Assembly (NCBI GenBank): GCA_965223085.1
Contig: OZ244981.1
Span: 182,747 to 246,746 of the forward strand
Reading direction: 5' to 3'
DNA length: 64,000 bases
Source of the DNA: Gammaproteobacteria bacterium
Lineage (GTDB): Bacteria > Pseudomonadota > Gammaproteobacteria > Ga0077536
Part shown: in pieces, positions 10,673 to 21,663 of the stretch
How positions within the stretch are numbered: position 1 is the stretch's first letter
Layout: every line of letters starts with the position of its first letter
Program-made: the position numbers and the translations under genes
Notes under the pieces: model-generated
Database searches by the model: none
Told to the model about the DNA's origin: nothing
Seen by the model: only the letters and a program-made list of their open reading frames with translations

Positions 10673-12235
10673 CTACGCGAATCGCCGTGCCAAACTAACT
10701 AACTCTTCAGCGGTTTTTTTCAGTGTGACGCCAGAATGATAAGTGCGTTCGGCATGATGTGTCGCTTCTTCTGAGGACTGCTTGATACGCTCGACATTGG
10801 AGCTGATTTCTTCAGAGACACTGCTTTGTTCGTCTGTGGCCGAGGCAATTTGGGTGATCATGTTTGACACGGAGTTGATCGCTAATTTTATTTGATTAAT
10901 GCTTTCTTCCACATCAGCGGATAGTTGCACGGTATTGTTCGTGATCGACTGTCCTTTTTCCATTAATCCGGCCGCATTCGTCGACGATGTACGCAAGCCC
11001 TCGATCGTTCCACGAATCGTTTCGGTCGAGATCTGTGTTTGACTCGCGAGCGTCCTGACTTCGTCTGCGACTACCGCGAAGCCACGCCCACTTTCTCCGG
11101 CTCTCGCGGCCTCTATAGCGGCGTTCAAGGCTAATAAATTGGTCTGCTCGGCGATGCCTTGAATGACGTCCACAACCGAACCTATTTGCGCGCAGCCCTT
11201 TTCCAGTTCGCCGATCGCACCCGACAGATCAGAGATCTCGTTGGATAACTGGTTGATGATGGTCGTTGATTTATGCACCAGCTCCAAACCGGCATCGGAT
11301 TGCGCTATCGCTTTTTTCGTTTCCTTGGCGGTCTCAGAGGCGTTCTTCGCAACTTCTTGCACCGTCTGAGACATTTCGTGAACGGCAACGGCCGCTTGTT
11401 CTAGCTGCGAAAATTGCGAGTCGATGGCTTGCTTCGATTGCTCAGCGATAGTCTGCGCTTGATCTGCAGCATTAGAAACACTGTCGGCCTCATGTTGAAC
11501 ACTTTGCAGCAGCGTGTTGGTTCGAAATTCCTGCATGCGAGCCACAAAAAACAAACTACCGAGTTCGTCGCGACGCCCAGTATAGACTTCCTTGCAAAGT
11601 TCGCTCACATAATCGTCACAAGCTTCGGCTTGTTTGGCAAGCGGGATGAATACAGTCCGTAACCAATAAGCCATTAGCGCGACTAATATCAGCAGCGGCA
11701 ACAATGTTGCGATGGAAGGCCCCGCCGCCAAGATTGGTGCCGCCGTGCCCACGACGGCCAACACAGAGAAAAGCCAGAACTTTTTCAATAACGTGCGCGG
11801 GAGTAAATTTTTCAACTTCTGTAGCGGGTGAGCGTCTTGAATACCGTAGAGTTTCTCCGCGCGGTCAACTAAATCACGCTCAGGCATGCGACGCACCGAT
11901 TGATGGCCGACGATTTCATCCCCTTGCTTGAGCGGGGTAACGAAGGCATCGACCCAGTAGTGATCGCCGTTCTTGCAACGGTTTTTGACCACCCCCATCC
12001 ACGGCAAGCCGCGGTTGATCGTCGACCACAAATCTGCGAAGCCAGCCTGGGGCATGTCGGGATGGCGCACGATATTGTGGGCCTGTCCGACGAGCTCTTC
12101 GCTGCTAAAACCCGCGATGGTACAGAAATAGTCGTTGGCTTCCTCGATAACACCTTTCGTCGTCGTTCGTGAAATTATCCGGCGATGTGGATCTAGCCGC
12201 ACTTCAATTTGGGTGACAGGGTAGTTTTTGCGCAT
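10673..12235 (-). CDS. Aer-like methyl-accepting chemotaxis protein (N-terminal PAS, TM hairpin, MCP signalling domain)
   Basis: N-terminal PAS (NIVRHPDMP). A hydrophobic hairpin. The canonical tip [32 protein letters not shown]. Confidence 0.85.
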   Translation of the reverse strand: MRKNYPVTQIEVRLDPHRRIISRTTTKGVIEEANDYFCTIAGFSSEELVGQAHNIVRHPDMPQAGFADLWSTINRGLPWMGVVKNRCKNGDHYWVDAFVTPLKQGDEIVGHQSVRRMPERDLVDRAEKLYGIQDAHPLQKLKNLLPRTLLKKFWLFSVLAVVGTAAPILAAGPSIATLLPLLILVALMAYWLRTVFIPLAKQAEACDDYVSELCKEVYTGRRDELGSLFFVARMQEFRTNTLLQSVQHEADSVSNAADQAQTIAEQSKQAIDSQFSQLEQAAVAVHEMSQTVQEVAKNASETAKETKKAIAQSDAGLELVHKSTTIINQLSNEISDLSGAIGELEKGCAQIGSVVDVIQGIAEQTNLLALNAAIEAARAGESGRGFAVVADEVRTLASQTQISTETIRGTIEGLRTSSTNAAGLMEKGQSITNNTVQLSADVEESINQIKLAINSVSNMITQIASATDEQSSVSEEISSNVERIKQSSEEATHHAERTYHSGVTLKKTAEELVSLARRFA

Positions 12236-12607
12236 TAAGTCAACACTCCGTTCACTACCACCGAGATCTCTAGCCCGACGACATCATGAGGGCGGTAGTT
12301 GGCGCACAGTTTTATCCGTCGACTCGCATTATCACGAGCTCCCAGACGACATCGGCATATCGGGAAAAAACTTTATCTTTATAGGGACTTCCAATAATTC
12401 TACGGCAGGTTAAGCAGCTTAGGCGGTCTGGACCCAAAGACACGCCTAAATCGTCGTCGCCCGATCCGACCCCATGGCTTTTGCGTGCGTCTCGTCGCCA
12501 CTACTGATACCGCCCCGCTACTTGCGTAAAACGAACATCCTTTCTATCTTGTTGCGGTCGCCCGACGAAGCTTAGGACCTGACTGTGCAACAAGCTACGG
12601 CGCTGAA

Positions 12608-13228
12608 GTGGTGTTGAAACCGCTGCAACGAGGGCTCTGCATAGTCCTGCCTAGCCTTGCGTTATGGGCAAGCTATTCTTCGTGCTCAGCCTACGATCGG
12701 GCCGCCTACCCGCATTGGCTAGACCTCGATGATGACGGCCAAGATACGCGCCAAGAGATCTTGAGCCGGGACAGTCAAATTCCCGTTGAACGCGGCTTAA
12801 ATGGAAAGATTCGCAGCGGCTTATGGGTGTGCCCCTACACCGGGAAGATCACGCGGGATCCGAAAAATATAGACATCGACCATCTCGTGGCGCTAGGCGA
12901 GATCGACGCTGCCGGCGGCCATGCCTGGCCGCAAGCGCGCAAAGCGCAATTTGCAAATGATCCAGACAATCTCGTCGCGGTCTACAAAGGTTCAAATCGT
13001 TCAAAGGGTGATAAGGATGCCTATCTTTGGTTACCTCCAAACATCACCAACTGCACATGGTACCTCGATAAGCGCCTCGCTGTGTGGGGGAAATACGACG
13101 TCACGGTCGATGACACCGAGAAAAAATCCGTCAAGTTCTTCCGCGCAAAGTGTCCGAAACATGAAATTGGGATAAAACTCAATCGCGTGCGGCGCTGGCT
13201 AGGCACCTGGTTTGACGGTCTTTTTTAA
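12608..13228 (+). CDS. Secreted HNH/DUF1524-type endonuclease domain protein
   Basis: GTG start; N-terminal hydrophobic signal-like segment; NIDIDHLVAL...H...N HNH-like core. Confidence 0.5.
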   Translation: MVLKPLQRGLCIVLPSLALWASYSSCSAYDRAAYPHWLDLDDDGQDTRQEILSRDSQIPVERGLNGKIRSGLWVCPYTGKITRDPKNIDIDHLVALGEIDAAGGHAWPQARKAQFANDPDNLVAVYKGSNRSKGDKDAYLWLPPNITNCTWYLDKRLAVWGKYDVTVDDTEKKSVKFFRAKCPKHEIGIKLNRVRRWLGTWFDGLF

Positions 13229-13341
13229 CCAGACGGGCACGGCGCAGTTTCGGTTTCTAGTGTGTGAATTATCATTTTCCTCCGCTCGGGTTCCATCGTT
13301 ATAGTTACAGTAGTGCTTAGCTAAATTACCCAATAACCGCA

Positions 13342-14916
13342 ATGAACGAAGTGGATCCCAGCTTACAACTATGGGGATGGTTCTTTCTGGCCATCTATAT
13401 CTCCGCAATGCTATTTTTCGGTGCGCTCGGCATGCGTCGCATCAAAAGCAGTGATGACTTCGCAACCGCGCGCGGAAGCTACGGCCCGCTGTTTTTGGCT
13501 TTTGCCCTAACCGCGACAGCCGCAAGCGGCGGCACGTTTCTCGGGATCCCCGCGATTGCTTACAAATCTGGATTGTCGGCTATGTGGTATGCCACCGCCT
13601 ATCCGCTCGGCACCTATCTCAGCTTACTTATCTGCTTGCGGGGCATTCGGCGTGCCGGCGCGAACTTCGGCACCCGCTCTATTCCCGAATATCTAGGCGA
13701 TCGCTATGATTCTGAGGCATTACGGATCTGCGTCGCGATTTTTTCCATGCTGTTGTTGTTTTACCTCGCCGCGCAACTGCTTGCCGGGGCAGTGATGTTC
13801 AACAAAATGATGGGCTTGGATTTATTGACCGCCTTGATTGTCACCGCGCTAATCGTCATGTTCTACATCGTTGCCGGGGGCGCGCACGCAGACATATTGA
13901 CCGACGGGGTGCAAGGCGCGTTGATGCTATTGCTGTCGATCCTCGTCATTTCCATGTTCGTTAGTGGTTTTGGTGCCGCGCACGGGCTTGCGGGGGTACT
14001 GGAATCGCTGCGCCAACAAGATCCGGATCTTGTCGCAACGTTTAACCCTACTAACCCAGTCCTAAATTCCCCCTGGGACGTCTTTGCGATATTTCTCATG
14101 CATATGCCCTTGGGCCTGCTACCCCACGTGGCGAATAAGCTGTGGGCCTTAAAAAACGACCGCGATCAAAATACTTTCATCGCTATCGCTTTTGTTTTTG
14201 GGATGCTCTTGCCCCTGGTGACGCTGGGAGGGATCTTATGCCGCGCGATCTTAGGTGATAGTTTGCTCGTCGAAGGCGCGAGTCCGAACGATGCGATCCC
14301 CGCGTTGTTCATCGCAACCATGCCGACCTGGCTGGCGGCAATGATCGGCGCCGGTGTGCTTGCCGCGATCATGTCGACGGCCGATGGGCTGGTCGTTTCT
14401 ACCTCGCAAGTTTTTGCTAATGATATCTATCGACGCTCTATCGCGCCCCGCTTAAGCGTAAAACCGGCTGACGCAGATATCGATCGCATCGCACTCAACA
14501 TCAGCCGCCTTGCCACCGTCGCGATCGTAGCGGTGGCGATCTGGCTCGCCTGGCAATCGCAAACGATGAACGTGGCGATTTTGATCGCGGCCGGCGTGGG
14601 CGGCATGGTCGCGGTAATTTCCGGCCCAATTTTCATGGGTATCTTGTGGCCGGGCACGACCAAGGCTGGTGCGCTGACCGGATTCGCGGCCGGCGTGCTG
14701 ACCTTCGTGCTGGCAAAAATGGCCTGGCTACCGCTGCGCTGGTTCGCAGATTCCCGTCTTGAAGGCGCCGCGCAGTGGTTTATCGAGCAAGCACCGAACC
14801 CCTTCGCCTGCGGCAGTCTGGGCATTATCACATCGATCGTGGCCACCATAGCAGTATCACTGGTGACGAAACGGCCTAGCGAAGCGCATTTGCGCCGGGT
14901 ATTGAATCAAGCCTAA
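13342..14916 (+). CDS. Sodium:solute symporter (SSS) family transporter
   Basis: 524-aa polytopic protein with SSS-like helices. Sits upstream of the aromatic-acid (hpa) genes, like the SSS-family phenylacetate permease PaaL. Confidence 0.7.
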   Translation: MNEVDPSLQLWGWFFLAIYISAMLFFGALGMRRIKSSDDFATARGSYGPLFLAFALTATAASGGTFLGIPAIAYKSGLSAMWYATAYPLGTYLSLLICLRGIRRAGANFGTRSIPEYLGDRYDSEALRICVAIFSMLLLFYLAAQLLAGAVMFNKMMGLDLLTALIVTALIVMFYIVAGGAHADILTDGVQGALMLLLSILVISMFVSGFGAAHGLAGVLESLRQQDPDLVATFNPTNPVLNSPWDVFAIFLMHMPLGLLPHVANKLWALKNDRDQNTFIAIAFVFGMLLPLVTLGGILCRAILGDSLLVEGASPNDAIPALFIATMPTWLAAMIGAGVLAAIMSTADGLVVSTSQVFANDIYRRSIAPRLSVKPADADIDRIALNISRLATVAIVAVAIWLAWQSQTMNVAILIAAGVGGMVAVISGPIFMGILWPGTTKAGALTGFAAGVLTFVLAKMAWLPLRWFADSRLEGAAQWFIEQAPNPFACGSLGIITSIVATIAVSLVTKRPSEAHLRRVLNQA

Positions 14917-14958
14917 ATTGCAAAACCCGCCCGGATAGTACACCAGGTGCTCGTTGCG

Positions 14959-15834
14959 CTACGCAATCGTCGGGTCATCCTCAACGCGGTTACGCAAAAC
15001 CCCCACCCCCGGTACTTCGACTTCAATGGTATCGCCGGGCCGCAAATACCGCGGTGGTTGAAAACGGGCGCCGGCGCCAAGCGGCGTACCCGTAGCAATC
15101 ATGTCACCGGGTTTGAGAATAAAAAACGTCGACAAATAGTGAATGATGTAGGCAAAGGAAAACATCAGGTTGGCGGTGCAATCGTGCTGACGTTGGGTGC
15201 CATTGACGCGGGTAGTAACGGTAAGTGCGGCATAGTCGTCAAACTCGTCCGCGGTAACGAAGTAGGGGCCGACGCCGCCGGAGCGGACAAAATTCTTTCC
15301 AGGCGTAACGTTAAATTTTCCGTGCCGCAGCCAGTCCCGCACGGTACCTTCGTTCATGATCGTCAAACCCGCGATATGATCGCACGCCGCGCGTTCCGGG
15401 ATCCGGTGACCCGTCTTGCCGATCACGATGACAATTTCGCCTTCATAGTCGAACTGATGTGACTCGGGTGGCCGCCACACGCTTTGCTCATGACCCGCAA
15501 GCGAGTCGATTGTGCGCATGAAGACGCTCGGGTAGGCAGGCGCTCGAGTATCATCACGATATTCATCGTTGCGCCGCGCGTAGTTAACGCCGATGCAGAC
15601 GATTTTCTCCGGGGCATGGATCGGCGGCAGCAGCGTGACGTCGGTGAAATCAAAATCGACATCGACTCGTGCCTGCCTGGACGCGACAGCACCCAAACCG
15701 TTGGACTGCAACGCGACCAGCAAGCTGCCCCCTTGCCGCGCCCCTAAATCGATGATGCCGGCGTCTGTAGCGAGCCCCCAGGACGTTCCCGAGGACGTTC
15801 TAAACGTCACGCATCGCATCGTTTTTTTGTGCAA
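14959..15834 (-). CDS. Fumarylacetoacetate-hydrolase family protein, single domain (HpaG-like decarboxylase/isomerase)
   Basis: FAH-fold motifs (KIVCIGVNY, PGDTIEVEVPGVGVL). Divergent from the hpaE operon. The start may be ATG 15819. Confidence 0.7.
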   Translation of the reverse strand: MHKKTMRCVTFRTSSGTSWGLATDAGIIDLGARQGGSLLVALQSNGLGAVASRQARVDVDFDFTDVTLLPPIHAPEKIVCIGVNYARRNDEYRDDTRAPAYPSVFMRTIDSLAGHEQSVWRPPESHQFDYEGEIVIVIGKTGHRIPERAACDHIAGLTIMNEGTVRDWLRHGKFNVTPGKNFVRSGGVGPYFVTADEFDDYAALTVTTRVNGTQRQHDCTANLMFSFAYIIHYLSTFFILKPGDMIATGTPLGAGARFQPPRYLRPGDTIEVEVPGVGVLRNRVEDDPTIA

Positions 15835-15931
15835 TTTTGCACATCACCCTCCGACCGTATTGGGCGCCACTTGAACCCATGTTCGCGCAATTTGGTGTAT
15901 CTTTATTGTAGGCTTAACAAGCGCATTCCAC

Positions 15932-17449
15932 ATGCCAGATTTCACCCACAACCGGGAAACCGCGACCGTCTACCTGCAACGGTTCGCACAGAATATTACC
16001 GGGCATTACATCGACGGTTGCTTTGTCGCGCCCCGAGATCGGGAGGTTTTCGAGAACCTATCACCGAGTGACAACACCTCCCTAGGACAAGTGCAAGCCG
16101 GTAACCAAGAGGATATCAACAACGCGAGCGTGGCCGCCGCTCGGGCGTTCCCCGCCTGGCGTGACATGAGCGGCAAGGAGCGCCGTGCGCTGTTGCATCG
16201 CTGCGCTGATCTCATCGAAGCGCGCGCCGAGGAGATCGCCCTCATCGAAAGCATGGACTGTGGTCAGCCCATCCGTTTCATGAAACAGGCAGCCGTACGC
16301 GGTGCGGCGAATTTTCGTTTTTTTGCGGATAAAGCACCGGAAGCCCGCAATGGTCTGGCCTTGCACCAAGACCAACATACAAACTATACGCTGCGCAATC
16401 CGATCGGCCCGGTCGGCATCATTACCCCTTGGAATACCCCGTTTATGCTCGCGACCTGGAAGATCGCGCCGGCGCTCGCTGCGGGGTGCACGGTCGTGCA
16501 CAAACCCGCCGAGCTCAGCCCGCTCAGTGCTATGCTGCTCGCGGAGATCAGTCGCGAAGCTGGCCTCCCCGCTGGCGTGTGGAATACCGTGAACGGCTAC
16601 GGCGAAGTGGCTGGTAGGACACTCACCGAACACGCGGCGATCAAAGCCGTTGCTTTAGTGGGCGAGACCGTTACCGGCAGACACGTCATGCGTCAGGGGG
16701 CGGACACCCTAAAACGCGTGCATTTTGAGCTCGGCGGCAAAAACCCCGTTATCGTCTTCGACGATGCCGACTTCGAACGCGCGCTCGACGCTGTGGTTTT
16801 CATGATTTACAGCCTCAACGGGCAACGCTGCACGTCCAGCTCACGCCTGTTGATCCAACACGGGCTCGAAGACCGCTTTGTTAGCGCGCTCGAAACGCGT
16901 GTGCGGGCATTGCGCGTTGGCCATTGCCTGGATCCGCGCACCGAAGTAGGACCGCTTATTCACGCAGATCACCTCGCCAAAGTCATGCGCTACATGGACA
17001 TCGCGCGCACCGAGGGCGCCACGATTGCCGTCGGCGGTGAACCGCGCAAAGACCTCGGTCCGGGGAACTACTTGAGCCCAACCTTGTTCACCGGTGCAGA
17101 CAATTCAATGCGCATCGCGCGCGAAGAAATTTTTGGTCCCGTACTCACCGTGATCGGCTTCGAGACCGAAGACGATGCGCTACAGATTGCTAACGACACG
17201 CCCTACGGTCTCAGCGCTTACATCTGGACCCGCGATGTCGGCCGTGCAGTACGCCTCGCCGAGCGCGTAGAGGCCGGTATGCTATGGGTAAATTCGGAAA
17301 ATAATCGCAACCTGCCCTCGCCGTTTGGGGGCGTGAAAATGAGTGGTATTGGTCGTGACGGCGGCGACTACAGTTTTGACTTTTACATGGAAACGAAAAA
17401 CGTGTGCATCGCCCACGATACCCATAAAGTACCCCTATTAGGTCGCTAA
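15932..17449 (+). CDS. hpaE: NAD-dependent aldehyde dehydrogenase (5-carboxymethyl-2-hydroxymuconate semialdehyde dehydrogenase-like)
   Basis: ALDH superfamily (ELGGKNP, NGQRCTSSSR catalytic Cys region). First gene of the meta-cleavage operon. Confidence 0.7.
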   Translation: MPDFTHNRETATVYLQRFAQNITGHYIDGCFVAPRDREVFENLSPSDNTSLGQVQAGNQEDINNASVAAARAFPAWRDMSGKERRALLHRCADLIEARAEEIALIESMDCGQPIRFMKQAAVRGAANFRFFADKAPEARNGLALHQDQHTNYTLRNPIGPVGIITPWNTPFMLATWKIAPALAAGCTVVHKPAELSPLSAMLLAEISREAGLPAGVWNTVNGYGEVAGRTLTEHAAIKAVALVGETVTGRHVMRQGADTLKRVHFELGGKNPVIVFDDADFERALDAVVFMIYSLNGQRCTSSSRLLIQHGLEDRFVSALETRVRALRVGHCLDPRTEVGPLIHADHLAKVMRYMDIARTEGATIAVGGEPRKDLGPGNYLSPTLFTGADNSMRIAREEIFGPVLTVIGFETEDDALQIANDTPYGLSAYIWTRDVGRAVRLAERVEAGMLWVNSENNRNLPSPFGGVKMSGIGRDGGDYSFDFYMETKNVCIAHDTHKVPLLGR

Positions 17450-17464
17450 CCCGGTAATCATCGC

Positions 17465-18313
17465 ATGGGCACACTCGCGCTGGCAGCAAAAATAACCCAT
17501 GTGCCGTCGATGTACTTGTCGGAGCAGGCAGGCCGCCACTACGGTTGCCGCGACGCTGCTATTCAGGGACATTATGAAATCTCCCGCCGTTGTCGCGACC
17601 TCGGGGTCGATACGATAGTGGTCTTTGATAGCCATTGGCTCGTTAACTCTGGCTATCATATAAACAACGCACCTCACTTCAAGGGCTTGTATACCAGCAA
17701 CGAACTCCCCCACTTCATCAAGAACATGCCTTACGAATATGATGGCAACCCTGCCTTAGGCGACTTAATCGCGACATCCGCGAGCGCTGCCGGTGTGTTT
17801 ACGCGCGCGCACAAAGACACGAGCTTGGGGCTGGAATACGGCGCGCTCGTGCCGATGCGCTACATGAACCCGGATCGCTATTTCAAGCTCGTCTCGGTCG
17901 CGGCCTTGTGCACCGTGCATAATCTCGAGGACAGCGCGACCTTAGGTGCGGCGCTGCGCGCAGCAGTTGAACGCGACTACGACGGCATCGTCGCGATCCT
18001 TGCGTCGGGTTCTTTATCGCACCGCTTTGCCCAGAACCCGGTCGCTGAAGCGTATTTTGATCGGATCTGGTCGCCGTTTTTAGAGGCCTTCGATCGCAAC
18101 GTCGTGACAATGTGGCAAAACGGTGACTGGAAAACGTTCACCGCACTATTGCCAGAGTACGCTGAGAAGTGTCACGGCGAAGGTTTTATGCACGATACCG
18201 CAATGCTCTTGGGGGCACTGGGCTGGGATCAGTACCAAGGCAAGGTCGAAGTCATCACGCCCTACTTTGGCAGTTCGGGCACCGGCCAGATTAACGCGAT
18301 TTTTCCGCTCTAA
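17465..18313 (+). CDS. hpaD: Class III (LigB-type) extradiol dioxygenase, 3,4-dihydroxyphenylacetate 2,3-dioxygenase-like
   Basis: 282 aa with LigB-family architecture. Same size and position as E. coli HpaD/HpcB. Confidence 0.7.
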   Translation: MGTLALAAKITHVPSMYLSEQAGRHYGCRDAAIQGHYEISRRCRDLGVDTIVVFDSHWLVNSGYHINNAPHFKGLYTSNELPHFIKNMPYEYDGNPALGDLIATSASAAGVFTRAHKDTSLGLEYGALVPMRYMNPDRYFKLVSVAALCTVHNLEDSATLGAALRAAVERDYDGIVAILASGSLSHRFAQNPVAEAYFDRIWSPFLEAFDRNVVTMWQNGDWKTFTALLPEYAEKCHGEGFMHDTAMLLGALGWDQYQGKVEVITPYFGSSGTGQINAIFPL

Positions 18314-18316
18314 GTC

Positions 18317-18685
18317 GTGGCGCATTTCATCTATGAATATTCTGCCAACCTGCCCACGGAGGTCCTCGACCTGCCCGGCCTCATGGCAAAATTGCACCGC
18401 GTCGCGGCGGATACGAACGTCTTTCCACTCGCAGCGATGCGCAGCCGCGCGATTCGGTGCGAAGAATATTTGCTTGGCGATGGTGACCCGGCCAATGGAT
18501 TTGTGAACGTGAGCATGAAGGTTGGTAGCGGACGTGACTTGCATACCCGGCGGCACTGCGGTGAATTGTTATTCGAAGCATTAGTTCAACACCTACAACC
18601 CTTGCTAGCTAGCATGCCGCTGGCGATTTCATTCGAAATGCGCGAACTCGATGAATACGTCAAATTCAACAAAAAAAACTATTGA
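18317..18685 (+). CDS. hpaF: 5-carboxymethyl-2-hydroxymuconate isomerase
   Basis: 122 aa beginning (M)AHFIYEYS, a CHMI-family size and N-terminus. GTG start. Confidence 0.7.
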   Translation: MAHFIYEYSANLPTEVLDLPGLMAKLHRVAADTNVFPLAAMRSRAIRCEEYLLGDGDPANGFVNVSMKVGSGRDLHTRRHCGELLFEALVQHLQPLLASMPLAISFEMRELDEYVKFNKKNY

Positions 18686-19488
18686 TCATGTTAAGTCCAG
18701 AGCAGATCGCGACTGCCGCTGAGCGGCTCTACGAGGCGGAGAAAACAGGTACGCAAATCCCCGCCTTGACGCTAGAGTACGACATGGACATGGACGACGC
18801 TTACGCCGTGCAAAAGCAGTGGGTTGAACGCAAGATCCGGGAAGGCGCCGCAATCCTCGGTTACAAAATCGGCCTTACCTCGCGGGCCATGCAAGCAGCG
18901 GTCAATATCGACCAGCCCGATTATGGTGTCTTATTGGACACGATGGCCTTTCCCAACAGAAGCCGCATCCAGACTGGGGACTTCACCGATCCGCGCGTTG
19001 AAGTTGAATTAGCATTCAATTTAAAAAAACCGTTGCGGGGAGAAAATATCACCGTCGCTCAGGTTTTGGATGCGACAGACTATGTCGTTCCGGCCGTGGA
19101 GCTGATCGCGGCACGCAGCTTTCGCGTCGATCCTAATTCCGGTTACGTGCGCAAAATCTACGACACCATTGCAGATAACGCCGCGAACGCCGGCGTCATC
19201 GTGGGCGACCACCGCGTCGCGCCCCATGCGATCGATCTGCGCTGGACGGGCGCGCTGCTTTACCGAAATGAGCAAATCGAAGAGACCGGTTTGGCGGCTG
19301 GTGTATTGGATCATCCCGCGCATGGCATCGCCTGGATCTGCAAACGTTTCGCCGCGCACGGCATCGGGCTAGCACCGGGACAATTATTATTATCGGGTTC
19401 TTTTACTCGCCCCGTCGATGTAAGTAGCGGCGATAACATTCGCGCCGATTATGGTCCCTTGGGCGAAATCACGATCGATTTCATCTAG
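18682..19488 (+). CDS. hpaH: 2-oxo-hept-4-ene-1,7-dioate hydratase (MhpD/HpaH family)
   Basis: 268 aa. Hydratase-decarboxylase family. 4-bp overlap with hpaF. Confidence 0.7.
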   Translation: MIMLSPEQIATAAERLYEAEKTGTQIPALTLEYDMDMDDAYAVQKQWVERKIREGAAILGYKIGLTSRAMQAAVNIDQPDYGVLLDTMAFPNRSRIQTGDFTDPRVEVELAFNLKKPLRGENITVAQVLDATDYVVPAVELIAARSFRVDPNSGYVRKIYDTIADNAANAGVIVGDHRVAPHAIDLRWTGALLYRNEQIEETGLAAGVLDHPAHGIAWICKRFAAHGIGLAPGQLLLSGSFTRPVDVSSGDNIRADYGPLGEITIDFI

Positions 19489-19508
19489 GCGACGAGGCGG
19501 TAGTTGCG

Positions 19509-20291
19509 ATGGAACACCCACGGAACACATTGAAGCGAGCGCTAGCGAGCGGTGACCCGCAGTTTGGTCTGTGGCTAGGTTTACCTGACAATAGCGCCGC
19601 GGAAATCATTGCCGGCGCGGGCTTCGATTGGTTGCTCATCGACCACGAGCACGCACCGTTCGAGCTCGCGACGATACTGAGCCATCTGCAAGCGCTTGCG
19701 CCTTATGATGTCGCTCCGGTCGTAAGGCCGGTTACGGATGATATCGCACTGATAAAAAAGCTCTTGGACATCGGCGCACAGAATTTGCTGGTGCCGATGG
19801 TAGACACGGCGGAACAAGCCGCCGCAGCGGCGCGCGCTGTGCGTTATCCGCCGCAAGGTCGACGCGGGCTTGGCACCTCCCTCGCGCGCGCGGCGCGCTG
19901 GAATCAGATCCCGGACTATACCGCCACCGCCAACGACGAGATCTGCCTTATCGTGCAAGTCGAAACGGCCCTAGCCATGAAAAACTTAGCGGCGATTTTG
20001 GCGGTTGATGGTGTCGACGCCGTGTTTATTGGCCCGGCGGATCTCGCCGCGTCGATGGGATACCTGGGAGAACCGGGGCACCCCGACGTCGTTGAATCCA
20101 TCTCCTCCGCACTGCAGACAATCAGAGCGGCGGGAAAACACGCCGGCGTGCTGTGCTTAGAGACGCGTTTGGTGAAAACCTATATCGCTCAGGGTGCAAA
20201 TTTTGTCGGTGTCGGTGTGGACACCTTGATCCTAGCGCAGGGTGCGCAACAGCTCGCCGCATGTTTCAAAGGCGAGAAAGCAATAGAATAA
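19509..20291 (+). CDS. hpaI: 4-hydroxy-2-oxoheptanedioate (HpaI/HpcH-type) class II aldolase
   Basis: 260 aa; the DHEHAP motif of the HpcH/HpaI aldolase family. Confidence 0.75.
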   Translation: MEHPRNTLKRALASGDPQFGLWLGLPDNSAAEIIAGAGFDWLLIDHEHAPFELATILSHLQALAPYDVAPVVRPVTDDIALIKKLLDIGAQNLLVPMVDTAEQAAAAARAVRYPPQGRRGLGTSLARAARWNQIPDYTATANDEICLIVQVETALAMKNLAAILAVDGVDAVFIGPADLAASMGYLGEPGHPDVVESISSALQTIRAAGKHAGVLCLETRLVKTYIAQGANFVGVGVDTLILAQGAQQLAACFKGEKAIE

Positions 20292-20358
20292 GCAGATCCG
20301 CGCACGGCCATCGCCGGCCACGGGTTTATGTTAGCGCGCGAGTGAGAGGGTCATACCA

Positions 20359-21663
20359 ATGAGCACAGCTGACCAGAACGCTTATCACAAGATCCGGGCA
20401 CGCGCGGCAAAGCCGCCGAGCGGCTGTCCAATAAACCATGATTTTACCCCCTTTGATCACGGCTATTTACGCAACCCCTACCCACCGCTCGAGCGGCTCA
20501 GCGAGGAACAGCCGACATTCTATGCCGAACAATTAGGCTACTTAGTGATCACGCGCATGGATCACATCTTGGAAGTGTTCAAACAACCGGAGATATTTTC
20601 ATCGGAAAATGTACAAGATCCGGTTTTCCCCGTATGCAAACGTGCATCTGCCGTATTGTCCGCCGCCGACTACAACCCCGTGGCGGTAATGTCCAACCGA
20701 CAACAACCTGATCACACCCGTATCCGCAAATACACGCGTGAAGGTTTTTCCCCGCGCCGCCTGAAAATTCTCGAACCGTATATCCGTGATAAGAGCAATG
20801 ATTTGATCGATCGCATGTTGGCCGCAGGCAGCCCCGCAGAATTCGTCAGCGCCTTCGCACACCCGCTGCCAGGCCATATCATTTTCCGTTTCATCGGCTT
20901 CCCCCTGGGCGACGATGAGCAACTCACTTATTGGACCTCCAACCGCTTGGCTTTTACCTGGGGCAAGCCCTCGGACGACGAACAAGTCGAAATAGCCGAA
21001 AACATGTTGCGTTACTGGCGCTATTGCCGCGACTTTGTTGCGCAACGTAAGGCGCAGCCTGCCGACGATCTAACCTCGGAGTTACTCGCTGCTCACGCTG
21101 AGAACCCCGATGACTTAAGTTATCGCGAAGTCGAATCGGTGATCTATGGCCTGTCGTTCGCGGGGCACGAGATCGTGAGTAATTTTCTCGCCAACACGTT
21201 ATTAAACGTGCTGCCAAAGCCGGATCAGTGGGGCACGCTGCGCGATGATCCAACGCTGATCCCCAACGCGCTCGAAGAAGTTCTGCGCTGCGACTCGCCC
21301 CAGATCAGTTGGCGCCGGGTGGCGACGGCCGATACACGTGTGGGTGACATCGACATCCCGGCAGGTACGCAGATTTTTCTTAGCCTCGGCGCGGCGAATC
21401 ATGAAAGAGATATTTTCCCCAAGCCCTCGAGCTTCGATATTTACCGCGATAATGCTGGTAAGCATATTTCTTTTGGCCACGGAATTCATTTTTGCCTCGG
21501 CGCACGGCTCGCGCGCCTGGAAGGACGGATTGCTATAGAGACTCTGACGAAACGCTTGCCGAGCCTACGCTTGGTCCCGGATCAAAACTTGCACTGGTCG
21601 CCCAACATCACGTTTCGCGGCCCGGCAAAACTCGCAGTGGAATGGGATACTGCGACAGCTTAA
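20359..21663 (+). CDS. Cytochrome P450
   Basis: Heme loop FGHGIHFCLGARLA, EEVLR (ExxR). Sits 67 bp downstream of hpaI on the same strand. Confidence 0.88.
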   Translation: MSTADQNAYHKIRARAAKPPSGCPINHDFTPFDHGYLRNPYPPLERLSEEQPTFYAEQLGYLVITRMDHILEVFKQPEIFSSENVQDPVFPVCKRASAVLSAADYNPVAVMSNRQQPDHTRIRKYTREGFSPRRLKILEPYIRDKSNDLIDRMLAAGSPAEFVSAFAHPLPGHIIFRFIGFPLGDDEQLTYWTSNRLAFTWGKPSDDEQVEIAENMLRYWRYCRDFVAQRKAQPADDLTSELLAAHAENPDDLSYREVESVIYGLSFAGHEIVSNFLANTLLNVLPKPDQWGTLRDDPTLIPNALEEVLRCDSPQISWRRVATADTRVGDIDIPAGTQIFLSLGAANHERDIFPKPSSFDIYRDNAGKHISFGHGIHFCLGARLARLEGRIAIETLTKRLPSLRLVPDQNLHWSPNITFRGPAKLAVEWDTATA

